Positions 39,428 through 52,033 of a stretch of 64,000 nucleotides of DNA are shown one piece after another. Every line of letters begins with the position of its first letter. Position 1 is the stretch's first letter. The notes below the pieces were generated by a model. That model saw nothing but the letters and a program-made list of their open reading frames with translations. It was not told where the DNA came from and made no database searches. Where the stretch lies: the NCBI RefSeq assembly GCF_004010195.1, contig NC_057757.1:1076405-1140404 (forward strand), written 5' to 3'. The position numbers and the translations under genes are program-made. This stretch comes from Chiloscyllium plagiosum (Eukaryota).

Positions 39428-39645
39428 AGAAAGTGAGGACTTGGAGATGCTTGAGATCAGAGTCGAGAGTGCGGTGCTGGAAAAGTACAGCAGGTCAGGC
39501 AGCATCCGAGGAGCAGGAGAATTGACGTTTCAGGTAAGAGCCTTTCATCAGGAATTCTTGATGAAGGGCTCTTGTCTGAAACGTCGATGCTCCTGCTCCT
39601 TGGATGCTGCCTGACCTACTGTGTTTTTCCAGCACCACACTCTTA
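39428..39645. mobile_element. Penelope-like family A palindrome within an older LINE (about 39165-40055)
   Basis: 16-bp TSD actccccata(a/g)cttgg at 39412-39427 and 39646-39661; opposed cores at 39524-39551 and 39558-39585. Confidence 0.85.
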
Positions 39646-42600
39646 ACTCCCCATAGCTTGGCCACCATCTACAAGGCACAAATAAGGACTAGGATGGAAT
39701 CCTGTCCACTTGGATGAATGCACCTCCAACTACATTCAAGTGGCTTGACACCATCCAGGACAAAACTGCACTCTTGAGTGATATCCAAAAATGTTTATTC
39801 CTCTCACAACCAACACCCAGATGCAGCAATATGTACCATCTACAAGAGGCACCAGAGAAATTTATCAAGACACCTTTGGTAGAAACTTCAAAACCCATGA
39901 CCACAACCATCTAGAAAGAAAATGGAAACACATACATGTCACCATATGCAGGTTCCTCTCCAAGTCACTCACCATGCTGACTTGTCACTGTTGGTGAGTG
40001 AAAATCCTGGAACAGCATAGTGGGTCAATTTACAAATGTCCTGCAGCTGTTTAAAGTGGCACTGTTACTTAATATTGATCTGAGATTTAATAGAATAAGT
40101 GAACAGGGTTAATTGGGTATGAATTGATTGAATAAATATGGGGAACTAAGAATCAGTGGAGTGTGAATTTTGTGGTGTATGGTTAACTGAAATGAAGCTC
40201 TCGCTGAAAGTATGGACTTCAACTGTTTAAAAACAGCTATCCTGTAATGTATAACAGTAGTAGTGGAGGGTGGTTGAGTCAAACTGTAAAGTTTTAGGGT
40301 ATGATTTACCCACCTATTTCCTGAAAATGAGCCTTATGACCAGTGGTGTGCATGTCCACATAATATAGAATAGACCGGCTAAACTGCGACCAGGTTTCTG
40401 AGTAATAAAGATCGGGTTAATGTTAGAAAATTTGAGAGTCCCATTAATCTCAGACTTTTGGGAATGATAACACACCAGAAGGAGCTAGCCAGTGGAGAAA
40501 TGTGACTATTAAGTCGGGCAAAGAAGGCCACTGGCAAATGTAAAAGCTGGTTGAACATATAGGGTAAGGACAGGAAGTTAGGTCATGGAGTGGGAATATG
40601 AAGATAGAAGGGAATAAAACACTTAGTTGTTGGCTTTGTTAGTAACAAATGCTTGGAAGAGTAGATTAAATAATATTGTTTCTTAGTCCTCCAAACAAGC
40701 CACCAAATAGTGAAGCAAAATTAATGTGTATTTTACCTAAATACTGCCATTCCAGTTTGGTACTTCTCAACGAGGTGTGCCTTGTTTAAACTGGGCTGTC
40801 AAGTTAAAAATAGACTTTATCATGAGGAGCAGCTTTCAAGCATCTTTATGTTGTGTGTGAATAATTGTTTGTTGAGTGGAAGCAGGAAACTTGAAAACAT
40901 TGTGATAAGTGGGCTTAAAGAAGAATTCCAAGTTGGATTCTGGAGCTTTTTCACATATTGGATTGGAAATCAGGTTGAAATGACTGTGTCACTTTAGCAA
41001 CCTTACCTGGGAAATGTTAGGCTCATTGTTATTAGTCAAACTGAAATGGACGAAATGCAAAGTCTAAACGGACAGCTGAATTGACTTGGTACCCTAACAA
41101 AACCAGATGAGAGAGTTTTGTAGCAATACAGTTGAATAAAATTATGAAAAATCCCAACATAGGAGATGTTCTGGTAAACAAGACATTGAAAAAAACATTT
41201 AAAATAAAGCTTTTTGTTAAAGTTTGTATCAGTGTGAAATGCCAGAAACCTCATCATGCTTTTCATCATGCTTCCTAAGCAATCTGTGATGGATTCTTAA
41301 GTACAGGAGAGTTTGTAATTCTTCTTGTGAGATGGGGAAGAAAATATTGCAGTTTAGCTTCGGAAGGTAAAAAGATCAGATTTGTAAAAGGAAGGTACTT
41401 AGCAACAGAAACTCGCTTTTGTTAAGGCTGTGGATATGGTGTTTCTCTGCAAAAATATTGGAGGAAATTGTAAAAAGCAATTGAGTAGCAACACACTTTG
41501 AGTGCTACATTGATAGTACTTTGCTATGGAATAAAATACACTCAACAATTGTGCAAATGGGAAAATACTGAGGCTTGATTTTGTAGTTTTAAAACAGACT
41601 GGAGAATGGAGAAATCTCCAAATTGGAATGGGTGGATAGCAGGAGTCAGCTAGAGATTATTTGTAAAACAAGAGAGCAAATCCTCAGAAACTGCCATCCA
41701 TACTGGAAAAGGGATACTTGGAATGCCAATATGCACAGAAGAAATGGGGATATAATATGTTGTCATTTTATATGACTTGTTTTATTTAATTTAAAAAAAG
41801 ATTTAAAAGGATAAAGAGAATCTGTTATTGTCTAATATAGTCTGAAGGAATGCCTGAGACCTAAAAATTTAATGATAGTCTTTATATACCTTGGTAATTG
41901 AGATGAAACACGATTCAGAAAAAGTGTTTTATCATGAGATACATGATGCAAAGATGACAAAACACATGACTTTTATCTGTTCATCCACCTCCTGCCCCCT
42001 TCCAAACAAAAATACAAAATTTCAGCATTTCTTAAATCTTTAACTTATACCATCATTTTACACTCTGGGCAATGCATCTGCAACCACATTATTTGCTCCA
42101 GAAATATGAATGACCTTACCATTAAATGGTTGAAATAATATATTCTGAGTAAGTCTTACATTTCAAGTTTTGAACTTATGAATGAATACCAATGGATCAC
42201 TGTCACTGTAGATTAATGTACTGTACATCTGTTATCATGTCAAACATAAACTTCAAAAAATTGAAGACAATGACATTCTCAAAATCTCTTTTGTAGAGTA
42301 CATCCACTGAGAAGTATGTCCTAATAAGTTACTCTTGCACTTGTGAATACACTTTTGGGCAAATTTATTACAAAACCAGCCAACTGTAATTTCGTAGCAA
42401 GTTTGCTACTGGTCTGACATGTTCCTCCCAGATGTTATTATATATCTCAAAGCCAAAATAGATGTGCAATTATGAATTTCAGCTATGACTTGATTCATTA
42501 GCCTTTGGAATGTAGTTTGGTCATTCTTTAATCCAAATGGCATTACTTGAAACTGTTTGTGACCCTTCTTCTTGTTTGATGTTCAGGGCACTTGCCAGTA

Positions 42601-43898
42601 CCACTTCAATACATTTATGTCAGAAAGGAACACAGCACTGCCAACCCATAGAAACACAGGAACATGAGTGGACTATTTTGGCCTTGAGCCTGTTCCACAT
42701 TTAATTAGATTATGGCTCATCTGTGGCTTAACTCCATTTATCTGCTTTTGGCCCATATTTCTTCCGACCATTTGCTTAACAAAACATTATCTATCTCTGA
42801 CTTAAAATTAACAATTTTAAGCATTTGCTGATGTTTGTGGAAAAGGCTTGCAAACATCTATCACCTTTTGTGTATAAGAATGTGTAGAAATCTCTCCTGA
42901 ATAGCTTACCCTAATTCTGAGACTATGCCCCCTAGTTTTAGAATCCCTAACCACTAGAAATAGTTTATCTTTACTATCTTTTCCTGTTAATACAGTCTTC
43001 CAATAGTGGGAATGAGTACAAATCTTATTTTCTGACTGCATTTACCTTTCTGTAATCTATACAGTATCTAGTTGATCTATCCAGTTTATAAACTGACAGT
43101 ATCGTTGAAAGCGAAGTGCTTTGATTGGGTTCATTAAAGTAATTTTCCAGAATGTATTGAATTTATTTTTCCTCCCCGGAGTTTGTTTTTCTGAGCTGAA
43201 CTGATAAGGATTCTGTCTTATTGGTATGAAGTCTCCATATTATGCCGAGCTAACACAGCACACCCATGCGAGTATCTACAGATTATCTAATACTTCCTCG
43301 GTTGTTTTGCAAGATCCTTCCATTGTCCATCATGTAATCATCTCCATGAGGTCTTCATTTAGCTCTGTCTTTTAATCGTGCAATCTTATATCATGATCCT
43401 GTAGGTTCGTGTTGCTTTGCTATTATCAGAAATAATATCAAACTTGGAGGTGTGGGAAACAACATGGATGATATCAAACAGCTGTAACAGGGCATGGGCT
43501 ACTGGAAGAGATAGACAACTGGTAATTTGAATTTAATACAGAGAAATGTGAGGTGATGCATTTTGGCAGAAGGGTTAGGGAGAGGTAGTACATACTGAAA
43601 GGTACAGTGCTAAAGAGAGCGCAGTTCCAGAAACATCTGGGAATTAATGTATATTAATCTTGAAGGTAGCAAGACATACTGAAAGAATAATTAGAAAACT
43701 TTCTAGGATCTTGTCACACCATAAATAGAGACATTGAGGATGAAAACAGGGTAGTTACGCCTAACCTATATGAAGCTCTGGTGAGACTGCAACCAGATTA
43801 TGGTGTCCATTTATGGGTACTGGACTTTAGGAAGGATATGAGTGTCCTGCAGAGGGTACAGAGGAGGTTTACCAGAATTACTATAGGGATGAAGGATT

Positions 43899-46800
43899 TG
43901 TGATGATGCTGCTCCTTTAACAAGGTAATGTTATCTTTGGTTTTTGTTTTCAGAGTGATTGTAACGACACAGATTCAGAGAGAGCTAAGTTTGAAGGGTA
44001 TTAGGGCCAATTTGATTATAGCTAACAGATACTGCCTCAGGCAAAAGGTTTTCAAGATTTGAAATAATCACTTGTACGATAAAATGGGAGTGGCCAGTTC
44101 TCCCAGCCCAGCTTTTCTCTGCTTTGGTTTGGGGTTTTAGCGAGCAGTCAGTGGTGAAGCTGCAAGACCCAAAGAAGCAGCTCCATGCTGATCCTCCCCC
44201 TCTCTGACATCGCTCCTGGAAGACCCTGGGTTTGATTTTACCTTAATTGCCAAGGGGGTGTTTATGGGGATTGTTGCAGGAATTTGGAACAGCATCATTA
44301 AGTGGGGATACTCTGTTGGGTTTTCAGACAGGCTAAGTTACTCTATTGTCTGTACCTTTTTGTTTGTGTTTCATTCGGTAATATCGCAAATAAATTCTGT
44401 TTTGTTCAGAACTGAGTGGTTGGCCAACTGCATCTCTTCTGGAATATCTACTATAAACCTGCTTCAAACAACTAGCAAAGTTAGTGTCCATGCTACTTTC
44501 TTGAAATGATTTGAGGGGGACTGTCCTGGTCCATAACAGATTGAGGGCTTGTCTGGGATTTGTTCAATGGTTCCAGTTGGGATTTGTGTTGTTGGACTTA
44601 GAGGCAGCGAGTGGCAGGTGTGAGTATCTTTTATTCTGCGTGTTCATTTTGGTTGGTTTAAACAGTGCTTGGGATAGCAATGGCTCTCTCAGTCACTAAG
44701 AGTTTTCTGGGGTTGGAAGAAGTGACTTTGGGGGTTTCACAAAAAGAGAATAAGGCCAAGCTGCTGGAATTAGCAGACAAGCTGGGATTGGAGCTACCTC
44801 CTTCTGTGTGGGAAGGAGAGATAATTACAGCAATAGCTCAGCATTTAAATTTGTTGGAAAAGCCATCAGAATCTTTCGAGATGGCTAAAATTCAATTGAA
44901 AAAGAAGCAGCTTGAGTTAGAGGCAAGGAACAGGCAACAGAAATGAAATGGTTTGAATTATGATTAAAAGCAGAGGAAATGGAAAAAGAACACTGAATCT
45001 TTTAGCAGAACATAAAGAAAAAGAGAGAAAGAGAGAGAGACAGCAGATAGAAAGAGACAGAGAGGAGAGAGAAAAGGAGAGGGAAGAAAGGAAGAAAGAG
45101 AGGGAGTTTTAACTTCAGAAATTGGCACTGAGACAGGAAAGTCAGCTGAAATGGATGGAGATGAAGGCTGAAGGGAAGTTTAGTGAGGAAGAGAGTGAGG
45201 ATGAGCAAACCCATGGTAGCTAAAGGGCTGGGGAGAAACTGTTTAAAGCTTTGCCTAACTTCGATGAGAGGAATGTGGAAGCCTTTTTCATCTCATTTGA
45301 AAAGTTAGCTAAACAAATGCAGTGGCCAATCAGCTTAATCCAAACAAAACTTGTAGGTAGAACTAGTGAGGTATTCACGTCACCATCAGAGGATGTATCT
45401 GGGCCGTATGAGGAGGTGAAGAAAGCCCTTTTAAGTGCATGTGAGCTTGTGCCAGAAGTCTATAGATAATGTTTCAGGAAACTAAGGATATCGAGTTTGA
45501 AAGGATCAAACAAATAATTTTGATAGATGGATAAAGGCATTAAAATAGAGCAAACCCATGATGTTCATAGAGACAATTATTTGGGAGGAGTTCAAAAATT
45601 CACTTCTGAAGTAGTGAGAACTTATGCAGAAGAGCAGAGAGTTAAGAACGGCAAGGTTAGCAGCTGAAGTGGCTGATGATTATGAGTTGGTCCATAATTC
45701 AAAGTTTAGCTTCCAAAATCAATTTCAATCCGTGAGGGATAGAAGTTGGGACAAAGAGAAATCCTCACGTGGATAGAGAAAAGTAGATCTTGGTGAAGAT
45801 CATGAGGATAACTTACCACAGGGTACAAAAGGAAACCCTTGAAGGGGAAAGAGAAGTTAAAAAGCTCTGGTGCTTTCACTGCAATAAAGTAGGCCACATG
45901 AAATCACAATGTTGCTGGGCCAGGAAAAGCACTGGGAAACCAGATGTAGGAAAAACAGGATAAGCCAGTGAATTTTGTCAGAGTGGTAATGGAAAGCACA
46001 GTGTAGGCTAAAAAGCTGACCAGAATGTACAACTTGGTCAGAGGTTGATTAAGGAGGAAGTGCCAGATCTTCTTAAACCATATACCTTCAAGGGTAAAGT
46101 GTACTCACATAGGCCAGGAGCAGCAGATAAAGAGGTTACAATATTAAGAGATACAGGATCCTCTCAATCTTTGATGTTGAAAGATGAGGAGCTATGTACC
46201 CCTGAAGGACTATTGCCAGAAAAGGCAATCCTGGGATTGAGTGGGTTTTATCGAAAATTCATCCCAGTGTGGCTGCAGAAAGGCAAGAAGTTTCATTGGA
46301 CAGCGGACTGTCAGAAGGCATTTGACAACCTGAAGGCTGTGTTAACCACTGCCCCGGTATTAGCCACAGCTAATTACGCAAAGTCAATTTAAGACGATTA
46401 TCGACACAAGTGATGCGAGTGTCTGTGCTGTGTTCTTGCAAGAAGATGATGAGAGATAGAAAGACCTATCAGTTATTTCTCAAGGAAATTGAACATTAAT
46501 CAGCATAAATATTTGACAGGTGAGGAGTCAGAAAAGATTTACAAGGATGTTGCCAGGGTTGGAGGATTTGAGCTATCGGGAGAGGCTGAACAGGCTGGGG
46601 CTGTTTTCCCTGGAGCATCGGAGGCTGAGGGATGACCTTATAGAGGTCTATAAAATCATAAGGGGCATGGATAGGGTAAATAGACAAAGTCTTTTTCCCT
46701 GGGGTGGGGGAGTCCAGAACTAGAGGGCATAGGTTTAGGGTGAGAGGGGAAAGATATAAAACAGACCTAAGGGGCAACTTTTTCACACAGGGTGGTACGT

Positions 46801-47868
46801 GTATGGAATGAGCTGCCAGAGGAAGTGGTGGAGGCTGGTACAATGACAACATTTAAAAGGCATCTGAATGGGTATATGAATAGGAAGGGTTTGGCGGGAT
46901 GTGCGCCATGTGCTGGCAAATGGGACTAGAGTGGGTTGGGATATCTGGTTGGCATGGACGTGGTAGACCAAAGGGTCTATTTCTGTGCTATACATCTCTA
47001 TGACTCTATGAGTCTTTGAACTTGGTGTTAACGTCATAACATTTCAATGTTTATGTTCCCAGTAATGTATCTGAGACAATCATATACACTGATCAGAATC
47101 CACTGAAGTTTGTGGAGAAATTGAAGGACAAAACGTCAGACTGTTTAGATGGAGCATGCTGTTACAGCCAATTTCAAAATTGTGCATGTGGCCGGACAAG
47201 AAAACATGATTGCTGACGCCTTTTCGAGTCTCAAATGAGAAACGGAGGTGTTCGATGGCAGGAATACAACAAACTGAAACAGAGTGTAGCAGGGCATATT
47301 TGCACAATTATTGTCAATGTAATTTATATGGTTGTTGTGGTATACTAACAATTGAAGATAAAGGGGTTTTAAAATGAAGCTATGTTTGGATATTGATGGT
47401 TCATTTTTTTTAAGTGGGGAGGTGTGATGATGCTGCTCCTTTAACAAGGTAATGTTACCCTTGGTTTCTGTTTTCAGAGTGGTTGTAAAGACACAGGCTC
47501 TGAGAGATCTAGGTTTGAAGGGTTTTAGGGCCAATTTGATTATAGCTAACCGATACTGCCTCAGGAAAAGGGCTTTCAAGTTTAAAGAAGAACTTGTACA
47601 ATGAAAGGGGAGTGGCCTGTCTCCAAGCTCAGCTTTTCTCTGCTTTGGTTTTAGCGAGCAGTCAGTGGTGAAGCTGCTAGACCCAAAGAAACTAGGGTAG
47701 GAATAGGTCCAGTCAAGGAAGTTGCGTTGTTTTGTTCAGAACTGAGTGGTTGGCCAACTGCATCTCTTCTGGAATATCTACTATAAACCTGCTTCAAACA
47801 ACTAGCAAAGTTAGTGTCCACACTACTTTCTTGAAATGATTTGAGGGGGTCTGTCCTGGTCCATAACA
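43899..47868 (+). mobile_element. Internally deleted Gmr1-like Gypsy LTR retrotransposon
   Basis: LTRs 43899-44538 and 47423-47868 (TGT...ACA); GATT TSD; tRNA-Pro-like PBS 44542-44559; PPT 47412-47422; gag, CFHCNKVGHMKSQC knuckle, RDTGS protease and RNase H remnants. Confidence 0.9.
46519..47010 (+). mobile_element. HER1/CR1 3' end inserted into the RNase H region of the LTR element
   Basis: QKRFTRMLPGLEDLSYRERLNRLGLFSLE; (ctctatga)n tail. Confidence 0.9.
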
Positions 47869-48069
47869 GATTTTAGTTACAAAATAAGGTTGGAAAACCT
47901 AGAGCTCTTCTAAAAGCAAAGGGGCTGAGGATGGACCTGATTAAGAAGAACAAAATCATCTAGGTTTCCATTCCTATTAACTGATGATGCAAGCCCTATA
48001 GGACATCAATTTAAGTTTTTTGACGAGATATTGGTGTATGTGAGGAAGAACTGTTTTCAGAAGTACTGT

Positions 48070-48492
48070 TCATAGAATCTCTACAGTGTGGAAACAGGCC
48101 CTTCAGCCCAACAGCTCTGCACCGACCCTCCAAAGAGTATCCCACCCAGACCCATTCCCCAACCGTTTTATCCCTGCCTAATGCGTCTACACATCCCTGA
48201 ATGCTATGGGACAATTTCCCATGGCCAATCCATCCTCACCTGTACATCCCTGGACACTATGGGTCAATTTAGCACAGCCAATCCACCCTAACCTGGACAC
48301 TATGGGACAATTTCCCATGGCCAATCCACCCTAACCCACACATCTTTGGACTGTGGGAAGAAACCGGAGCACACGGAGGAAAATCACACTGACATGGGAA
48401 GAATGTGCAAACACCACACAGACAGCTGCCTGAGGCTGGAATTGAACCTGAGACCCTGACGCTGTGAGCAGCACTAACTACTTGAGCCACCT
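48070..48492 (-). mobile_element. HE1-type V-SINE with an internal triplication of about 45 bp
   Basis: ctatggg.caattt..ca..gccaatcca repeated three times at about 48205-48340. Confidence 0.85.
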
Positions 48493-48557
48493 TTGCACAG
48501 CAAATGGTAATGACCTGTGGTCGATGGTATTTAAGTGAAAGGAAATTTCAATCTTAC

Positions 48558-48757
48558 CTGAGTTCGAGGACGAGGTTTTCCCTCTTGGCTTCAGGAAAGG
48601 TTTTGGTGGTTTTTCAGGTTTTTGGGCTTTCTCCAGAGTGTTGGTACGCTGATTTCGCTTCAAGCTGCATCTTCGAAGTCTGATGCCACTTTCTGGAAGT
48701 TTGTGGATAAATTTCTTCTCCACATACTTGGCCCGAATCCAGGCTTCTTTCTCCTGT
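48558..48757 (-). CDS. ACAP1: ACAP1 coding exon (QEKEAWIRAKYVEKKFIHKLPE plus basic/proline-rich linker)
   Basis: 200-nt exon, tag/gtaag, phase 2 to 1; KLPE and PPKP linker is ACAP1-like. Confidence 0.94.
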
Positions 48758-48881
48758 CTAAGGAAGGAGAGTAGTGAACGAGGCTGTTATTCACTGTGCC
48801 TTTTATCAACTTTCAGGATCATGGTAGAAAAAGACCTTTGCAATCTTAAGACAGATGTTATCCTCAAAATATAATCCTTAC

Positions 48882-48976
48882 CGAGGAGATCCAGGGTGAG
48901 GCTTTTTCACTGTCATCTCTTCAATTCGAGCTTCATAGATCCGATTAATGGTAGAGTTCCCCAACTCACACATCAG
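48882..48976 (-). CDS. ACAP1: ACAP1 coding exon (ArfGAP: LMCELGNSTINRIYEARIEEMTVKKPHPGSP)
   Basis: 95-nt exon, cag/gtaag; resembles ACAP1 IYEARVEAMAVKKP as recalled. Confidence 0.95.
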
Positions 48977-49139
48977 CTGTTTGCGAGAGAAACATAAAGA
49001 GTGAAAGGGATGACAGAGTGACGGGAAAATCAAAGCAGGGTTGGGGTAGTAGTGAAAGCTCAGCGATGAAGGAGAGATCTGATGAGTAAACACAGGTTGA
49101 GGGCCAGGGGAGTGGGACACAATAAACAGTGAGAAATGG

Positions 49140-49490
49140 AGATGAGTGAGGGGGTGGAACAGAGGTGGGGGTTAAAATCAGATGTGGATAGGGCTTCAGG
49201 GAAAATAACCTGGGAGGAGAATTGGGAAGAAAACGGGGAGAGCCTGACGAAGCGTGGTGGAGATGGGAAATAGAACAGGAAAGGGAAAGGGAAAAGAAAT
49301 AGGAGCCGTAGGGAAGAGATAGAACAAAGAAAAGGGTGAAGGGGGAAGCAAAGAAGATGGAGGGGGGAGTAAGAGGAAGGGAAAGGTGAAGCAAAGGGTG
49401 GGGACAAAAAGATGAATGTGGGATAAAGGTGAGAGGAAGGGAGGGAAAGCAGAGAGAAAGAGGGGGGCATAGGAAAAGTAAAGGAGAATT
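49140..49490. repeat. Purine-rich low-complexity tract (pyrimidine-rich on the gene strand)
   Basis: Strongly G/A-biased over about 350 bp. Confidence 0.8.
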
Positions 49491-49638
49491 CAGATGTAGA
49501 AATCCAAGGTCACAGGTCGGTGCAACATCGAGGGCCGAAGGGCCTGTTCTGTGCTATATTGTTCTATGTTCTATGTTCTAAATGTAAGAAATCCCATATT
49601 ATATAGTTTAAACTATATTAATTCTGGAAAGTACTGAC

Positions 49639-49708
49639 CTTTAACAATTCAGGCTCCCAGGAATCAAGAGTCAGTGATCGGACTTTGGAAAAATGGACTC
49701 CCAGACTC
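49639..49708 (-). CDS. ACAP1: ACAP1 coding exon (ArfGAP: SLGVHFSKVRSLTLDSWEPELLK)
   Basis: 70-nt exon, cag/gtcagt, phase 2 to 0. Confidence 0.96.
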
Positions 49709-50052
49709 CTGACAGAAATAAGAGAACCAAAATTAGTTCTCTCTTGCTCAGTACATACTTCCAGTTGTCATGTCTTTAGCCTCTTTTCTGACAGTTACAG
49801 CTTCATCCCACTCCTGACATTCTTACAAGAAGTTCCTCAAGATCAGTGCTGGGCTTATTCCGAACACTTAGATTTGTTACTTGTTCCCAGCGTTCAGCTC
49901 AAAAGTTCAGAGTTTACAATCCCATTAATAGGTAACCACAGGAGAATAAAATCTGGAAAGTTTATGAATATGAATCTCTGGGCTAAAGTAACAAGGGTTT
50001 TGAAAGAAAATAACTGAGAACACTGAATTACTTACTCGTTCTGTAATCAGTA

Positions 50053-50745
50053 TTAGAATAGAATCCCTACAGTGTGGAAACACACCCTTCGGCCAACATG
50101 TCCATACCGACCCTCTGAAGATTATCCCACCCACACCCATTCCCCTATTACTTAACATTTCCCCTGACTAATGCACTTAAAATACACATCCCTGCACAGT
50201 ATGAGCAATTTCTCATGGCCAGTTCACCTGACCTGCACATGTTTGGACTGTAGGAGGAAACCGGAGCATCCAGAGGAAACCCACGGGGAGAATGTGCAAA
50301 CTCCACACAGACAGTCGCCTGAGGTGGGAATCGAACCTGGGTCCCTGGCGCTATGAGGCAGCAGTGCTAATCGACACTCCCTAACCACCCGATGCCTGGA
50401 GGAAGATTGCCTCATCTTCCACCTTCTAACACCATGGCATCAATGTGGATTTCACCAGTTTCCTCATTTCCCCTCCCCCCTCCATATCCCAGATTCAACC
50501 TTCCAACTTGGCACTGCCCTCATGACCTGTCCTACCTGTCCATCTTCCCAGCTATCTGCNNNNNNNNNNNNNNNNNNNNNNNNNNNCTCTCATTTATTTC
50601 TCTACCCCAAGCTCACAAGCCTCATTCCTGAGGAAGGACTTTTTCCCGAAACGTCGACTCTCCTGTTCCTCAGATGCTGCCTGATCTGCTGTGCTTTTCC
50701 AGCACCACACTCTCCACTCTAACCACTGAACCACCATGCCGCCTG
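50053..50745. mobile_element. HE1 SINE (-) interrupted by a Penelope-like 3' end (+, about 50371-50720)
   Basis: RCLEEDCLIF...HGINVDFTSF remnant; core CUGAGGA...GAAACGUC at 50628-50655; 27-N gap at 50560-50586. Confidence 0.8.
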
Positions 50746-50965
50746 TATTGTTTAATCCTTGCCAATAATTTGCCTTTATTAAGAGTTTCATGTATAACTA
50801 GTTCAAACTGTTAAAGAACTTCGCCAAATACGTCTGAAAGCCTCTATATCTAATATCATACTTTGTTCTACTCAATACTTTAGTCACCTCAAAGGGTGTA
50901 TTCAGCGACTGCACCAAATTAAAATTTGGGTGAGTTGGCAAATGTGCCTGACTCTTGCCCTTTAC

Positions 50966-51165
50966 CTGTGGATTCCAGAACATTCTATGCAGAGGGTGAT
51001 GCCAAGATTGATGCTGGCCCATTCTGGCAGGTGTTCATTGCAGTCACAGCACTGGGCATTCCCTGGGATAGCTTGCACCTGCTCCAGACCCTTTTCCTTT
51101 CCGGGTCTTGCTTCGTCTGAGAAATCCAAAACTCCTGTAGACATAGACGAAGTCCTTTCCAACTT
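50966..51165 (-). CDS. ACAP1: ACAP1 coding exon (ArfGAP zinc finger: ...[32 protein letters not shown])
   Basis: 200-nt exon, cag/gtaaa; C-x2-C-x16-C-x2-C-x4-R ArfGAP signature, with the arginine codon split across the intron. Confidence 0.96.
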
Positions 51166-51687
51166 CTGAAAAGACACCAAGCTGAACTCTAACAAATATA
51201 GATAACACTGAGAAATGCTTTAAAAAAAATGTAGTCCGTAGCTGAGCAGAGCCAGGATAATTTTCAGGAAGGATGCTGAACAGTTTTTCTGGACAAAGTT
51301 ATGGGCATTGAACCACACAAACCAAATTCCTCCCACATTCTGGTCCTTGATTTCAATTTGGAGGAGGGTAATCAAGGGACCATGACTAACTTCTTGTTTA
51401 GAGAAGTGTAAAAATCAGCTGGGTTCCTGTTCCTGATCACAGTCCATTAGTCACTCTGGAAATATATGGCTCTGTGATGTCAGGCATTCACTTCGGCTGT
51501 GATGAGCTATTGAATATTTTACAGTCTGCAGCGTCAGAAATGAAAGAAGTCCATTTTGTTAACATAATGGAAAACTGTAGTGGCTTTGCCCCCACCCCTG
51601 CCATTGAGAATCAGTATTTGTGAACATTACCAAGTGAGAATTAATGACTGCATAATTATTTATCATTGTGAGTGGAACACACAATGT

Positions 51688-51890
51688 GCGGGGAGTCCAT
51701 ATTCCTGTGAGAGTCATTGTGTGTAGAATCCAAATTCCAGTGAGTCAGTGTGTGTGCAACCATATTCCAGTGAAAGAATGTACGGGATCAGTATCCTAGT
51801 GACAGCTAATATGTTGGAATTATGCCTCTTGAGTGTCAGCATGCATGGAATCCATACCCCTGTGAGATTCAGTGTGTGTGCGTGGAACTT
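51688..51890. repeat. Degenerate minisatellite of about 30 bp near an ACAP1 donor site
   Basis: Recurrent ggaatccatattcc.gtgagagtcagtgtgt-like units. Confidence 0.6.
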
Positions 51891-51924
51891 GTAATTGCGA
51901 AGTTTCAATGAATTTATTTTGTAC

Positions 51925-52033
51925 CGTATAATTGTCCTCTCGCCTCTCATTAAAGGCTGTTGCAATGCTTGATTGTACCGCCAGGATCCAGGTTTGCTGG
52001 TGTTTCTCAGAATCAGCCTGAAGCATGCAGCTC
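51925..52033 (-). CDS. ACAP1: ACAP1 coding exon (PH C-terminal helix: SCMLQADSEKHQQTWILAVQSSIATAFNERREDNYT)
   Basis: 109-nt exon, cag acceptor, gtac donor; inside ORF 51820..52047; phases consistent on both sides. Confidence 0.92.

Noticed and set aside
48966..49470. 136-142 aa Ser/Pro/Phe-rich ORFs
   Set aside because: Artefacts of the pyrimidine-rich intronic tract
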